This document shows, piece by piece, positions 19,845-29,732 of a stretch of 43,132 nt of DNA. The position numbers and the translations under genes are program-made. Numbering within the stretch: position 1 is the first letter of the stretch; each line of letters opens with the position of its first letter. A model generated the notes under the pieces. That model made no database searches, was not told the origin of the DNA, and saw nothing but the letters and a program-made list of their open reading frames with translations. Origin of the DNA: an uncultured Pseudomonadota bacterium (GTDB taxonomy: Bacteria > BMS3Abin14); contig CAYVSA010000002.1 of NCBI GenBank assembly GCA_964454175.1, positions 1 to 43,132 of the forward strand, in the 5' to 3' direction.

Positions 19845-20800
19845 TCCCTCTCTCCTTTCCGTGAAGCCCTGGGATGAGTGGAATCGTAAACCGAAAGAAG
19901 CTTGTCCAGGGTCACGTGGGTGTAGCGTTGTGTGGTCTCCAGGCTTTCGTGTCCCAGCATTTCCTGGATCGACCTGAGGTCCGCCCCACTATCGAGAAGG
20001 TGTGTCGCGAAAGTGTGTCTCAGAACATGGGGGCTGATGTCTTTTCCAAGACCGCATTTTTGCGTGCGCCGCTGGAGTCTTTTCTGAATGCTGCGCACAC
20101 TGAGGCGGCCTCCACGGTTGTTTAAGAACAGGGGGTCCTCATTTCTCCTGTGAGGCCATCTGGATGTGGCTTTCAAATATCCGGCAAGCCTCTCGGAGGC
20201 CTTGCGGCCCACCGGGACGATCCTTTCCTTGCTCCCTTTACCCCTGACCCTTATGCTGCCGGAATCCGGGTCCCAGTTCTGCCCGTCAAGTGCAGCGAGT
20301 TCGCTAACCCTGAGGCCAGAGGAGTAAAGGAGTTCGAACATGGCAAGATCCCTGAGGTCTGCAACACCGTTCTCGATGGGTGTGTCAAGGATCGACTGGA
20401 CCTCCTCGGTGCTGAGAAACCGCGGCGTCAGCCTTCCGGCCCGGGGAGTACGGATCCCCTCGCATGGATTTGTATCAAGGATCCCGTTCCGTACCAGGAA
20501 ACGGGACAGGGACCGAATAGCAGAGACCTTTCGTGCCATGGATGTCCTGGCAAGGCCTCTCCTGAAAAGATGACCCAGATATGCACGAATCACATCGGGA
20601 TCGCCGAACCAGTGCTCCCCTGATTTGAGAAAACCACCAAACTCGACAAGGTCTCTTCTGTAGGCCTGGACAGTGTGAGACGAAGCCCCCCGTACGCTCT
20701 CTAGATTTTGGAGAAACCTCTTGAGAAGTTCATCGAATTGACGGGTTTGTTCTTCGCGCATCCTGAATCTCAATGTAAGCGAAAAGTGTGATTTTCTCAT
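19841..20800 (-). CDS. xerC: tyrosine recombinase XerC (start may be ATG 20761)
   Basis: [36 protein letters not shown]; trmFO-xerC-hslVU synteny. Confidence 0.88.
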   Translation of the reverse strand: MRKSHFSLTLRFRMREEQTRQFDELLKRFLQNLESVRGASSHTVQAYRRDLVEFGGFLKSGEHWFGDPDVIRAYLGHLFRRGLARTSMARKVSAIRSLSRFLVRNGILDTNPCEGIRTPRAGRLTPRFLSTEEVQSILDTPIENGVADLRDLAMFELLYSSGLRVSELAALDGQNWDPDSGSIRVRGKGSKERIVPVGRKASERLAGYLKATSRWPHRRNEDPLFLNNRGGRLSVRSIQKRLQRRTQKCGLGKDISPHVLRHTFATHLLDSGADLRSIQEMLGHESLETTQRYTHVTLDKLLSVYDSTHPRASRKGERE

Positions 20801-20899
20801 TTTTCCCGAATCAGCAGCTTGTAGTGCAGATCATTGATTCGGACGCCCCTCCAATACCGACAAAGCAAGGGTAATACGACAATATATTTCTTTTATTTA

Positions 20900-22219
20900 T
20901 CAAAGTCCAGACGGGATGTTTTCAAGAAAACCTGCCATGTCGGACAGAGCGCGGGATGAGAGGAGCTCTCTTCTTTTTTTTCTATTCTTTACGGGGGGGG
21001 AGGGAGGCTGCAGCAGGCCAAACTGCGCGTTGACGGGCTGAAACCCGGCATCGGACTGAATCGTGATGTGTTTCAGGAGGGCTCCGGTCATGGTAGTGGG
21101 CGGAGGCGGCTCCGGTTCGGCACCGAGAATAGCCATTGCAGCATAGATGCCCGCCATGAGTCCGCTTGCCATGGATTCGGTATAACCTTCCACACCGCAG
21201 AGCTGTCCGGCAAAATGGAGCCATTCGGCACTGCGGGCCCTCTGGAGCTCATCAAGCACCTCAGGTGAGTTGACATAGGTGTTCCTGTGTACGCTCCCGA
21301 GACGTTCGAATGAAACGTTTTCAAGGCCGGGGATCATTCTGAATATCCGTTCCTGTTCCGGATGGGTGAGCTTTGTCTGGAACCCCACCATCGAGAAAAG
21401 TGTGTTTTCAGCATTTTCAGGCCGAAGCTGAAGGACGGCAAATGGTCTTTTCCCCGTTGCCGGATCGGTCAGGCCTACAGGTCTCATGGGACCGAAGGCC
21501 AGGGACATGGTGCCCCTCGAGGCGATCACTTCGATGGGCATACAGGCCTCAAAGACCTTTTCATCCTCAAAGTGGCGAGGCGGGACGGTCTTACCCGCAC
21601 CCAGGGCCCCCAGAAAGTTCATGTAGTCACTTTCCTGGAAGGGGCAGTTGACATAGGCCCCGCTGCCGGGATCTCCGTAGCGGTCCTGCCTGAAGACCTT
21701 GCGCCAGTTAATGCCGGCACCATCAACCGTAGGAGCTATTGCATCGTAAAAAGCCAGAGAACCGGCTCCCAATGTGTACTCGACTTCGCGGGCGAGGGTA
21801 TCAGACATCAGCGGCCCTGCAGCAAGGACCGTCATCTCTCCGCCAGATAGTTCCCTCACCTCCTCGCGTACGATCTCGATGAGGGGATGTTTTTCGATCC
21901 GGGAAGTGACCGTTTCGGCAAAGGCTTCCCTGTTCACTACAAGTGCTGTCCCTCCGGGAAGAGAGCAGGACTCGGCTGCATCCAGAAGCAGGGACCCTGC
22001 AAGCCGCAGCTCGGCTTTCAGCAGGCCATGGGCTTTGTCCGTAAAAGTTGACTTCAGGGAGTTGCTGCAGATGAGTTCAGAAAGGCTGGCCGTCCGGTGG
22101 GCGGGGGTGGTCTTTCCCGGACGCATTTCGTAGATCGCGACCGGGATACCTCGGCGGGCTATCTGCCATGCGGCTTCACAGCCGGCAAGCCCCCCGCCGA
22201 TAACTTTAACCGGCTTCAT
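20900..22219 (-). CDS. trmFO: FADH2-dependent tRNA (uracil-5-)-methyltransferase TrmFO/Gid
   Basis: VIGGGLAGCEAA, ELICSNS, FYDAIAP, VGFQTKL, AGQLCGVEGY. Confidence 0.96.
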   Translation of the reverse strand: MKPVKVIGGGLAGCEAAWQIARRGIPVAIYEMRPGKTTPAHRTASLSELICSNSLKSTFTDKAHGLLKAELRLAGSLLLDAAESCSLPGGTALVVNREAFAETVTSRIEKHPLIEIVREEVRELSGGEMTVLAAGPLMSDTLAREVEYTLGAGSLAFYDAIAPTVDGAGINWRKVFRQDRYGDPGSGAYVNCPFQESDYMNFLGALGAGKTVPPRHFEDEKVFEACMPIEVIASRGTMSLAFGPMRPVGLTDPATGKRPFAVLQLRPENAENTLFSMVGFQTKLTHPEQERIFRMIPGLENVSFERLGSVHRNTYVNSPEVLDELQRARSAEWLHFAGQLCGVEGYTESMASGLMAGIYAAMAILGAEPEPPPPTTMTGALLKHITIQSDAGFQPVNAQFGLLQPPSPPVKNRKKRRELLSSRALSDMAGFLENIPSGL

Positions 22220-24446
22220 CCTCGTTTACGCGAAAGTCGCACTCCTTGAGGGGGCAGACCAGCACAGGCCCGGAACGAAGATCTTTCCGGGTCAATATAG
22301 GGTTACCGCACTGCGGACAGCTGGTCTCCACTGGATGGTCCCAGACGGCAAAACGGCAGTCGGGGAAACGGGAACAACCGAAAAATGTCCTGCCCTTTTT
22401 ACTCCTCTTGTGGATCAGTTCCCCGGAACAGTTCTCCTCCGGGCATGGCACTCCCGTAGACAAGGGAAGCGTCCCCTTACACTCCGGATAGCGGCTGCAC
22501 CCCAGGAAAGGGCCGCTTCTCCCATTTCTAAGCACCATGGGACTTTCGCACTCAGGACAGGTTTCCTCTCGCTCCTGCTCTTTAACCGGTTCCACAGAGC
22601 CGTCCTGGTTTCTCTGAAAATTTGACGTGTATTTGCAGTCAGGATATCCTGAACAGGCAAGAAATTCTCCTGTCTTTCCAGCCCGTATTAATATCTGGGC
22701 CGTATTGCACTGGGGGCATGTCAGCCCTGTTTCACCCCAGGTGAATCGATCAGGGTCATTTTCAGCTTCGTCAAGCTCCCTGGCAAATGGGCTGTAGAAC
22801 TGCTCCAGGGTACCACCGTAGGTTTTCTCCCCCAACTGGATACTGTCCAGTTCGTCCTCCATCTGGGCCGTGAACTCGTAATCGACCAGGCGGGGAAATT
22901 TGCTCAAAAGATAATCGCTCACTGCTGTTCCCAGGGCAGTTGGTACGAAACGCTTTTCCTCCTTGATGACGTAATTCCTCTTCTGGATAGTATCCAGGAT
23001 GGCCGCATAGGTGCTGGGCCTCCCTATGCCCCTTTGCTCCAGCTCCTTTACCAGGGTGGCTTCAGTGAAGCGGGGGGGAGGCTTGGTCGTTTTTTTCTCG
23101 ACCTCGACCTCTCGCAGCTTGAGGATCTGTCCCTTTTTCAACTCGGGCAGGGCTGCTTCGGTGCCGCCATCATCGTCCTTTCCTTCTTCGTAAAGGACGG
23201 TGAAGCCGGCAAAAAGCACCCTCTTCCCTGAGGCTGCGAGCTCAAAGGCGCCGGCCTCCACTTGCACCTGGGTCTTTTCAAGCTTTTCATCGGCCATTTG
23301 GGATGCCATGAATCGTTTGAATATCAGAGTGTAGAGGCGAAGCTGGTCTTTTTCCAGGTATGTAGCGACAGCCTCTGGCTCGAGGTCGGGACGTGAGGGA
23401 CGTATGGCCTCGTGAGCGTCCTGGGCCCCTTTGCGGTTTTTGTATACGCGGACCGAGGAGGAAACGTATTCTGACCCATACTGCTTGAGGATCTTGTCTC
23501 TTACTCCCGCCAAAGCTTCCTGAGAAACCCGGACTGAATCAGTTCGCATGTAAGTGATAAGACCGGTAGTACCCATCTTCCCCAGGCTCACACCTTCGTA
23601 AAGCTGCTGGGCGACCATCATTGTTCTTTTAGCCGTGAATCCGAGCTTTCGGGCTGCCTCCTGCTGGAGGGTGCTTGTAATGAATGGAGGCGCGGGGCTC
23701 CTCTGCGCTTTCCTGACCTTAACGTCCTTGACGGTGAAAGATTCGCCCGTGAGCTGGTCTCTGATGGCCTGCGCAATACTCTCCTGGGTGATCCTGATCT
23801 TCTTGCCGTCTTTTTTAGCCAGCCGCACCTTGAAAGGAGGCGGAATTTTTCCTTCCAGAAATGAAAAGATGAGCCAGTAATCTTCTGGTCGAAAGGCCTG
23901 GATCGCTCCCTCGCGTTCAGAGATGAGGCGGAGGGCCACGGACTGGACGCGCCCGGCAGAAAGCCCCCTTTTGATCTTCTTCCAGAGGAGGGGACTGAGC
24001 TTGTATCCGACCAGGCGATCGATGGCCCGGCGTGACTGCTGGGCTTCGAATTTAAGCGGATCGGGCTTGCCGGGATTCTCAAGGGCCTTGAGAATCCCGT
24101 TCTTTGTTATTTCGTGGAACAGGACCCTGAAAACTTTTTCCTCGGGAAGCTTCAGATGCCTCGCAAGAAGATAGGCTATGGCTTCGCCCTCTCTGTCGGG
24201 GTCCGTGGCCATCAGGACCCTGTCTGCGTTCTTTGCGGCTTTGGAGATCTCGCTGAGGACCTTTTTCTTGGACGGAATTACCATGTTTTTTAATTCGTAG
24301 CCGTTCTCAACATCTACGGCCAGCTCTTTTTGCGGAAGATCCAGGACGTGGCCGTTTGAGGACACAACTCCATATTCCCTGCCAAGTAGTTTTTCAATTG
24401 TTCGTGCTTTGGTAGGGGACTCAACTATGATTAAAGATTTTGACAT
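22206..24446 (-). CDS. topA: DNA topoisomerase I
   Basis: IVESPTKA, ATDPDREGE, SAGRVQS, LITYMRTDS, AHEAIRP; C-terminal Cys-rich zinc ribbons. Confidence 0.98.
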   Translation of the reverse strand: MSKSLIIVESPTKARTIEKLLGREYGVVSSNGHVLDLPQKELAVDVENGYELKNMVIPSKKKVLSEISKAAKNADRVLMATDPDREGEAIAYLLARHLKLPEEKVFRVLFHEITKNGILKALENPGKPDPLKFEAQQSRRAIDRLVGYKLSPLLWKKIKRGLSAGRVQSVALRLISEREGAIQAFRPEDYWLIFSFLEGKIPPPFKVRLAKKDGKKIRITQESIAQAIRDQLTGESFTVKDVKVRKAQRSPAPPFITSTLQQEAARKLGFTAKRTMMVAQQLYEGVSLGKMGTTGLITYMRTDSVRVSQEALAGVRDKILKQYGSEYVSSSVRVYKNRKGAQDAHEAIRPSRPDLEPEAVATYLEKDQLRLYTLIFKRFMASQMADEKLEKTQVQVEAGAFELAASGKRVLFAGFTVLYEEGKDDDGGTEAALPELKKGQILKLREVEVEKKTTKPPPRFTEATLVKELEQRGIGRPSTYAAILDTIQKRNYVIKEEKRFVPTALGTAVSDYLLSKFPRLVDYEFTAQMEDELDSIQLGEKTYGGTLEQFYSPFARELDEAENDPDRFTWGETGLTCPQCNTAQILIRAGKTGEFLACSGYPDCKYTSNFQRNQDGSVEPVKEQEREETCPECESPMVLRNGRSGPFLGCSRYPECKGTLPLSTGVPCPEENCSGELIHKRSKKGRTFFGCSRFPDCRFAVWDHPVETSCPQCGNPILTRKDLRSGPVLVCPLKECDFRVNEDEAG

Positions 24447-24671
24447 TTTGCTTCCCGTTTTTGCTGTTCTTGCATTAAGTGGGTTAAAAGCTGGATCTGA
24501 TGATCCATTTCCGGGGGGCCGACAATTTTATCGGACTTTCGAACTTAAACCCCAATGAAAAGAGCTTCTAAACAGATTACATGCCCGGTTGTCAAGGTTT
24601 TTACGTCAAAAAAACTGACTATCACCTGCTGACCAGGAGAGATCGAGGATTACTGGCCGGGTATTTTGGGC

Positions 24672-25541
24672 TTAAATTTCTTTCCCTGAAACACAGAAAA
24701 ACCCTCCCGGTCCTCTCACTACCTGCCCCAGAAGTTCGAGCCTGCTCAGCTGGGCTGACACGATCTCCACACTGATGCCGGTACTCCTTGCCAGCTCCTC
24801 AGCTCTCATGGAACAGTTTTTCAGCATGCGGACAAGCAGGTGCGGGTCGGGGGCAGCATCGCTCAGGTGGGGCCCGGATGCCTCGATCCCGAGTGCGTTA
24901 ATAATATCTTCTGCTCGAACAACAGGTAGAGCCCCGTCTCCTATCAGGGAGTTGGGGCCGTCGGATAAACGACTGTCGATGCGGCCCGGCACTGCCATGA
25001 CCTCTCTGCCCTGATCCAACGCCCACTTTGCCGTGATCAGCGAGCCGCTTCTCAGACTTGCCTCGACAACGACGACGGCAAGTGAAAGGCCGCTTATGAT
25101 CCTGTTTCTCTGGGGGAAATTCCGGCGCAGGGGCTGTGTGCCTTCTGAAAACTCCGTGATCACCGAGCCGCTAGCTGCAATTCTTTTTTTGAGGGCCTTA
25201 TTCTCCCTTGGATAGTCAACATCCAGGCCGCATCCCAAGACTGCTATTGTCCTTCCCCCCGCCTCCAGGGCAGCGACATGGGCTGCTGTATCGATCCCTC
25301 TGGCCATACCGCTGACGATAGTAACGCCAGCTGCGCAAAGCCCCGTGGAAAGCGCCCGAGCTGCCCATATCCCATAGGGAGTAGGGGATCTCGATCCCAC
25401 GATGGCGACCGAGAGGGCGTCTGCTTCATCGAAGGTTCCAAGCGTATACAGCAGGCTGGGGGGAAGCTGGATCTGGTCCAGGAGCTGTGGGTAGCCGATC
25501 TGTCCGATCCTTATCCGGTGTTCGTTTGATCTCGTTTCCAT
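24672..25541 (-). CDS. dprA: DNA-processing protein DprA (short form)
   Basis: AIVGSR, IVSGMARGID, FPQRNRIISGLS, SGSLITA, AVPG; C-terminal wHTH-like segment; start uncertain. Confidence 0.93.
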   Translation of the reverse strand: METRSNEHRIRIGQIGYPQLLDQIQLPPSLLYTLGTFDEADALSVAIVGSRSPTPYGIWAARALSTGLCAAGVTIVSGMARGIDTAAHVAALEAGGRTIAVLGCGLDVDYPRENKALKKRIAASGSVITEFSEGTQPLRRNFPQRNRIISGLSLAVVVVEASLRSGSLITAKWALDQGREVMAVPGRIDSRLSDGPNSLIGDGALPVVRAEDIINALGIEASGPHLSDAAPDPHLLVRMLKNCSMRAEELARSTGISVEIVSAQLSRLELLGQVVRGPGGFFCVSGKEI

Positions 25542-25614
25542 GAATATCAATGAAAAATTTCAGGTAAAGGCCCTGAGTCGGGGTTTCTTTTCGCCAGTGC
25601 AGGACTGTATGCTT

Positions 25615-27762
25615 TCATTCGTCCTTTACCAGCTCGAAATCGATGTGCCTTGCGCTCACTTCTACGCGTACCACCCTGACATCGACTCGGTCTCCGATCC
25701 TGAAGATCCTGCCGGTATTATCACCCACCAGCAGCAGGTCGCGTTCCTTGAAATGATAGAAATCATCGTAAAGGGATGACAGGCGCACGAGCCCTTCCAC
25801 AAAGTACTCGTCAAGCTCAACGAAAAAACCGAAGGATGTGATCCCAGAGATGGTGCCCGAAAACTCCTCTTCGATCTTGTCTGCCATGAGCATGGCTCTC
25901 ATCATTGCCAGGACGTCCCTTTGAGCATCCTCCGAGTTCTGTTCCGAAAAAGAGATGTGTTCGCATACATCTGTGAGGTTCTTGAGCTTCAGCGGCGCGT
26001 CGAGGCCAAGTAAACCCTTGAGGATCCTGTGAACAAGAAGGTCTGCATACCTGCGGATGGGTGAAGTGAAGTGGGTGTAGTCTTCCAGGGCAAGTGCAAA
26101 GTGCCCGTCAGGCTCCTCGGAATATACCGCCCTCTTCATCGACCTGAGGATGATGGTGTTCAGGAATCTCTCCATTGGTGTGCCCCTTGCTTCCTTCAAA
26201 ATGTTTCTAAAGGGCGCAGGGGAGCCCGACACGGACTGGGAAAGCCCGATACCAATTGCTGAAAGTGTGCCCTTTAAATCTTCGATCCGGTCATCGCCGG
26301 GTGGTTCATGCACTCTGAAGACTCCGTTAACTTCTGCCTCACGGATCCGGATGGCCACTATTTCGTTCGCAAGGAGCATGCACTCTTCCACCAATCGGTG
26401 CGAAGAATATCTCGGAGCCCTGTATACGTTCTCAATGTGTCCCCTGCTGTCCAGGGAAACCTGCGGTTCCGGGAAATCGAAGTCAAGGCTGTCTCTTTTC
26501 ATCCTGCGTTTCAGGAGTCTTTCGTAGACCCCGTTCAAGGTATCCAATATGCTCGAGATGGACTCGGTAACCTCCCGGGATTTGCCCTCCTTGAGGTACA
26601 CTTCAACACTCGCATAAGTCAGCCTTGCCCTGCTCCTGATGATACTGGTGTAGACTTTGCTGTCAATCGGGTTGCCCTCATGGTCCATCTTGACCTCACA
26701 AGTGAATGTGAGTCTGTCCACGTCGGGATTGAGGCTGCACAGATCGTTGCTAAGGCGCTCCGGCAGCATGGGGATGACCATGTCCGGGAAATAGACGGAG
26801 TTGCCGCGGCGCCTGGCTTCCGTGTCCAGGGGAGTTTCCGGACGCACGAAATAGGAAACGTCAGCAATGGAGACGTAAAGCATTATTGTGCCATCGGCGT
26901 TTTCTTTTGCGTAGATAGCGTCGTCAAAGTCCCTGGCTGAAGCTCCGTCGATAGTGATAAAGGGAAGGTCTCGAAGGTCCTGTCTGTCCCTGGAAGATCC
27001 TTCTGGTACTGCGCCGGTCATTTTCCGGGTCTGTTCCAGGGCTTCCTCGGGGAACCTGTGAGGAAGGCTGTGAGTGTGGATCACGGCCATGATCTCCGTC
27101 TGGAGGCTGTCTCCCGAGTCAAGGACCTCGATGACTTCGCCGACGGCAGGATTATTCCGGGTGGGATACTCTGTGATCTTCACTACCGTCATCTGTCCCG
27201 AAGAAGCCCCCATTTCAGACCCGGGCGGGATGATGACATCTCCACGGACGGCACTGTCATATGGGCGCGCAAACAGTACTGCTCTTTCTTTCAACAACCT
27301 TGCGACGATCTCGGTTCGGGAGCGTTCCACGATCCTCACAACTGTGCCGGACGGTTTGCCCCTGAAGAAGTGACCTTCCACCCGGACGACGACCTTGTCG
27401 CCATCCATGGCTCCCTTCATGCGTGAGGGATTTATCATAGCTCTCTGAGAGTCGTCATCGGGTGTAAATATTCCCAAACCCTCGGAATTTATCTTCATGG
27501 TGCCGGTGGCGAGCCTGATCTTCGCAGGGAGAGCATACCTCTTCCCCTTGATCCGAATGATCCTTCCCTTTCTGACCAGGGTGGACAGGGTCCTTGAGAA
27601 ACCGCGCCTGTCCTGGGGCGGTATGTTCAGAGCCCGAATGAGCTCGCCTGCAAGAAGAGGCCTTTTCGAGCTTTTGGCAAGGTAGTCCAGGATCAGCTTT
27701 CCATGATCTCTGGATGAAGAGGTTTTTTTTGATGAGCCTTTTTTCGAGTACCTACTTGACAA
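25615..27762 (-). CDS. rnr: ribonuclease R
   Basis: TIDGASARDFDDA, IADVS, RGNSVY, HFTSPIRRYADL, C-terminal S1 domain; TTG start with AGGGAG RBS. Confidence 0.96.
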   Translation of the reverse strand: MSSRYSKKGSSKKTSSSRDHGKLILDYLAKSSKRPLLAGELIRALNIPPQDRRGFSRTLSTLVRKGRIIRIKGKRYALPAKIRLATGTMKINSEGLGIFTPDDDSQRAMINPSRMKGAMDGDKVVVRVEGHFFRGKPSGTVVRIVERSRTEIVARLLKERAVLFARPYDSAVRGDVIIPPGSEMGASSGQMTVVKITEYPTRNNPAVGEVIEVLDSGDSLQTEIMAVIHTHSLPHRFPEEALEQTRKMTGAVPEGSSRDRQDLRDLPFITIDGASARDFDDAIYAKENADGTIMLYVSIADVSYFVRPETPLDTEARRRGNSVYFPDMVIPMLPERLSNDLCSLNPDVDRLTFTCEVKMDHEGNPIDSKVYTSIIRSRARLTYASVEVYLKEGKSREVTESISSILDTLNGVYERLLKRRMKRDSLDFDFPEPQVSLDSRGHIENVYRAPRYSSHRLVEECMLLANEIVAIRIREAEVNGVFRVHEPPGDDRIEDLKGTLSAIGIGLSQSVSGSPAPFRNILKEARGTPMERFLNTIILRSMKRAVYSEEPDGHFALALEDYTHFTSPIRRYADLLVHRILKGLLGLDAPLKLKNLTDVCEHISFSEQNSEDAQRDVLAMMRAMLMADKIEEEFSGTISGITSFGFFVELDEYFVEGLVRLSSLYDDFYHFKERDLLLVGDNTGRIFRIGDRVDVRVVRVEVSARHIDFELVKDE

Positions 27763-27865
27763 TGATTTTCTCCCTGTGTATTTGTCTTCTGTTCCCGTGC
27801 CGTACAGCTGTTACCCGGTTAAATAGCAAGAACAAGGCCAAACAGCGATGCGGTCCGGAAAAATT

Positions 27866-27952
27866 GCGAAAGTGGCGGAACAGGTAGACGCGCTGGGTTC
27901 AGGACTCAGTGGAGGAAACTCCGTGGGGGTTCGACTCCCCCCTTTCGCACCA
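27866..27952 (+). tRNA. tRNA-Leu (anticodon CAG)
   Basis: acceptor stem GCGAAAG/CTTTCGC, anticodon loop TT-CAG-GA, long variable arm, GGGGG-TTCGACT-CCCCC, encoded CCA. Confidence 0.96.
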
Positions 27953-27962
27953 TCAGCGACCG

Positions 27963-27993
27963 GAGGGTGCCCAGTGCACCCTCTTTTATTTTT
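27963..27993 (+). terminator. intrinsic terminator after tRNA-Leu
   Basis: GAGGGTGC-CCAGT-GCACCCTC followed by TTTTATTTTT. Confidence 0.85.
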
Positions 27994-28624
27994 CCTGGCT
28001 ATTTTCGCTTCCTGACCTTTCGTCGAACACTCCTGCAGACTCAAGTGATTCCAGAGCTGACAGGGCTCCCTCGAAAAGGAGCGCATTGAGCCCGAAATCT
28101 GAAGCACGCTGAACATTCTCTGGGTTGTCGTCAAAGAACACCCCTTCCTCCGGAAGAAGGCCGAATCGTTCACATGCTATCCTGAATATTTCAAGGTCCC
28201 TTTTGCTGAACCCCTCCTCAAAGGAGGAAATTACCTCATCGAATTCGCTGAAAAATCCGTCTCTCTCATCCAGGTCGTACAGCCAGTTGGTCTGGTCGGT
28301 AAGAAGGGCGACCGAGACCTTTTCACGCAGGCTTCTGACCAATTCATTCATACCCTCCATGGGTTTGAATGCAGTCAGGATCTCAAGACGGAAGTCAGCA
28401 GGGGAGCCCTCCAGACCTGAAATGTCTGCAAGCTGTTCCCAGTAGATTTTCTCGGGAACCCTTCCGTAAACGTATCCACTGGAAAATACAAGCTCCAGAG
28501 CATGATCGTAAAAACTGTTTTCATCGAGCCCGGCAGTCCTCGCAATGGAAAATAACCCCTCCCGGAACCCCTCGCTGTAGTAGACGCCGCCCAGGTCGAA
28601 AAATACTGCCTTTATGCTTTTCAT
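27986..28624 (-). CDS. HAD-superfamily hydrolase (YihX-like phosphatase)
   Basis: motif I VFFDLGGV, LLTD, GFSK, motif IV FFDDNPEN; start moved to ATG 28624 (GGGAGAG RBS). Confidence 0.9.
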   Translation of the reverse strand: MKSIKAVFFDLGGVYYSEGFREGLFSIARTAGLDENSFYDHALELVFSSGYVYGRVPEKIYWEQLADISGLEGSPADFRLEILTAFKPMEGMNELVRSLREKVSVALLTDQTNWLYDLDERDGFFSEFDEVISSFEEGFSKRDLEIFRIACERFGLLPEEGVFFDDNPENVQRASDFGLNALLFEGALSALESLESAGVFDERSGSENSQEK

Positions 28625-28865
28625 GGTTAATGCACTCTCCCGGGTCCCTGGCCCGATCCCCACTTTTTTCATCACCTCGGGCAAACTGGGAACATTTTTT
28701 ATTGACTATTTCCCGAATGCCTTAATACTTTGCACTGTGACGTCCGTACGAACCATGGAGCTTTAGAAAGTATGCACATACAGGACATATTTGTAAATGA
28801 CGGTGTGAAGAAGAAGGTCATAAGGGAGCTTTTGACCTCAGTGACTGCCATCCTTAACACAGGAC

Positions 28866-29732
28866 ATGCCTGCTGATATGCTGCTGGGCGCCCACGAATC
28901 CATAGCCGGCGGTGTGGATCTGGCGCCGCAAAGGGCTGCTGAAGACGGCTGCGAAGCGCTCCAGATCTTTACCGGGGCCCCGGGTCGATGGGAAACTGCG
29001 CCTGTCAGTAACGAAAAAGCGGCGGCCTTCATGGAAGAAGTCTTCAGGTGGAACATCGGTAGTGTAGTTGTCCACGGTTCGTATCTCATCAATCCGGCAT
29101 CACCCGACGCGCCACTGTGGAAAAAGTCTCTTGAAGCTCTCATCCAGGAGTATAAGCGATGCGCAGATCTGGATGTGGATTACCTGGTTATCCACCCGGG
29201 CTCCCACCGGGGAGAAGGTGCCGCCGAGGGTGTTTCCCGGGTGGCAGAACAGCTGAACCGCTTGCTGGACGCTGTGGGAGATGGCCCGCTCCTGTTGCTG
29301 GAGAATACTGCAGGGTCGGGAAATACTCTCGGGTCGAGTTTTGGTGAACTTAGCCGTATCAGGGACAGGGTCAGCAAAAAGACCAGGGTCGCATACTGTA
29401 TGGACACGGCCCACGCGTTTGCGGCAGGGTATGATCTGTCAGTGGAAAAGAAGTTCGCCAGGGATCTCGCCGGTATCGGGTCGGAAATTGACGTTGAACT
29501 GATCCAGGTCTTTCATCTCAATGACACCTTGAAGCCGCTGGGTTCCCGTGTAGACAGGCACGCTCGCGTGGGGGAGGGGATACTTGGCATTGAACTCTTC
29601 AGGTATCTTGTGAACTGCGGTGAGTTCAGTAATTGTCCGGGAATTCTGGAAACTCCTCCAGAACCTGGATTGCGTTATTCACCTCAGCTCAGAGTCCTGA
29701 AGAGCCTGCGGGACGAGGGGCTGCAGCCTTGA
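28866..29732 (+). CDS. nfo: endonuclease IV (start may be 28878)
   Basis: LGAHESIAGG, HGSYLIN, HPGS, LLENTAG, DTAHAF, HLND, DRHA, ILETP. Confidence 0.96.
   Translation: MPADMLLGAHESIAGGVDLAPQRAAEDGCEALQIFTGAPGRWETAPVSNEKAAAFMEEVFRWNIGSVVVHGSYLINPASPDAPLWKKSLEALIQEYKRCADLDVDYLVIHPGSHRGEGAAEGVSRVAEQLNRLLDAVGDGPLLLLENTAGSGNTLGSSFGELSRIRDRVSKKTRVAYCMDTAHAFAAGYDLSVEKKFARDLAGIGSEIDVELIQVFHLNDTLKPLGSRVDRHARVGEGILGIELFRYLVNCGEFSNCPGILETPPEPGLRYSPQLRVLKSLRDEGLQP

Noticed and set aside
19841-20800. phage or island integrase
   Set aside because: XerC-type sequence in the housekeeping trmFO-xerC-hslVU context, with no att repeats or cargo genes.
27811-28173. 120-aa ORF
   Set aside because: Antisense to tRNA-Leu and overlapping the HAD gene; spurious.
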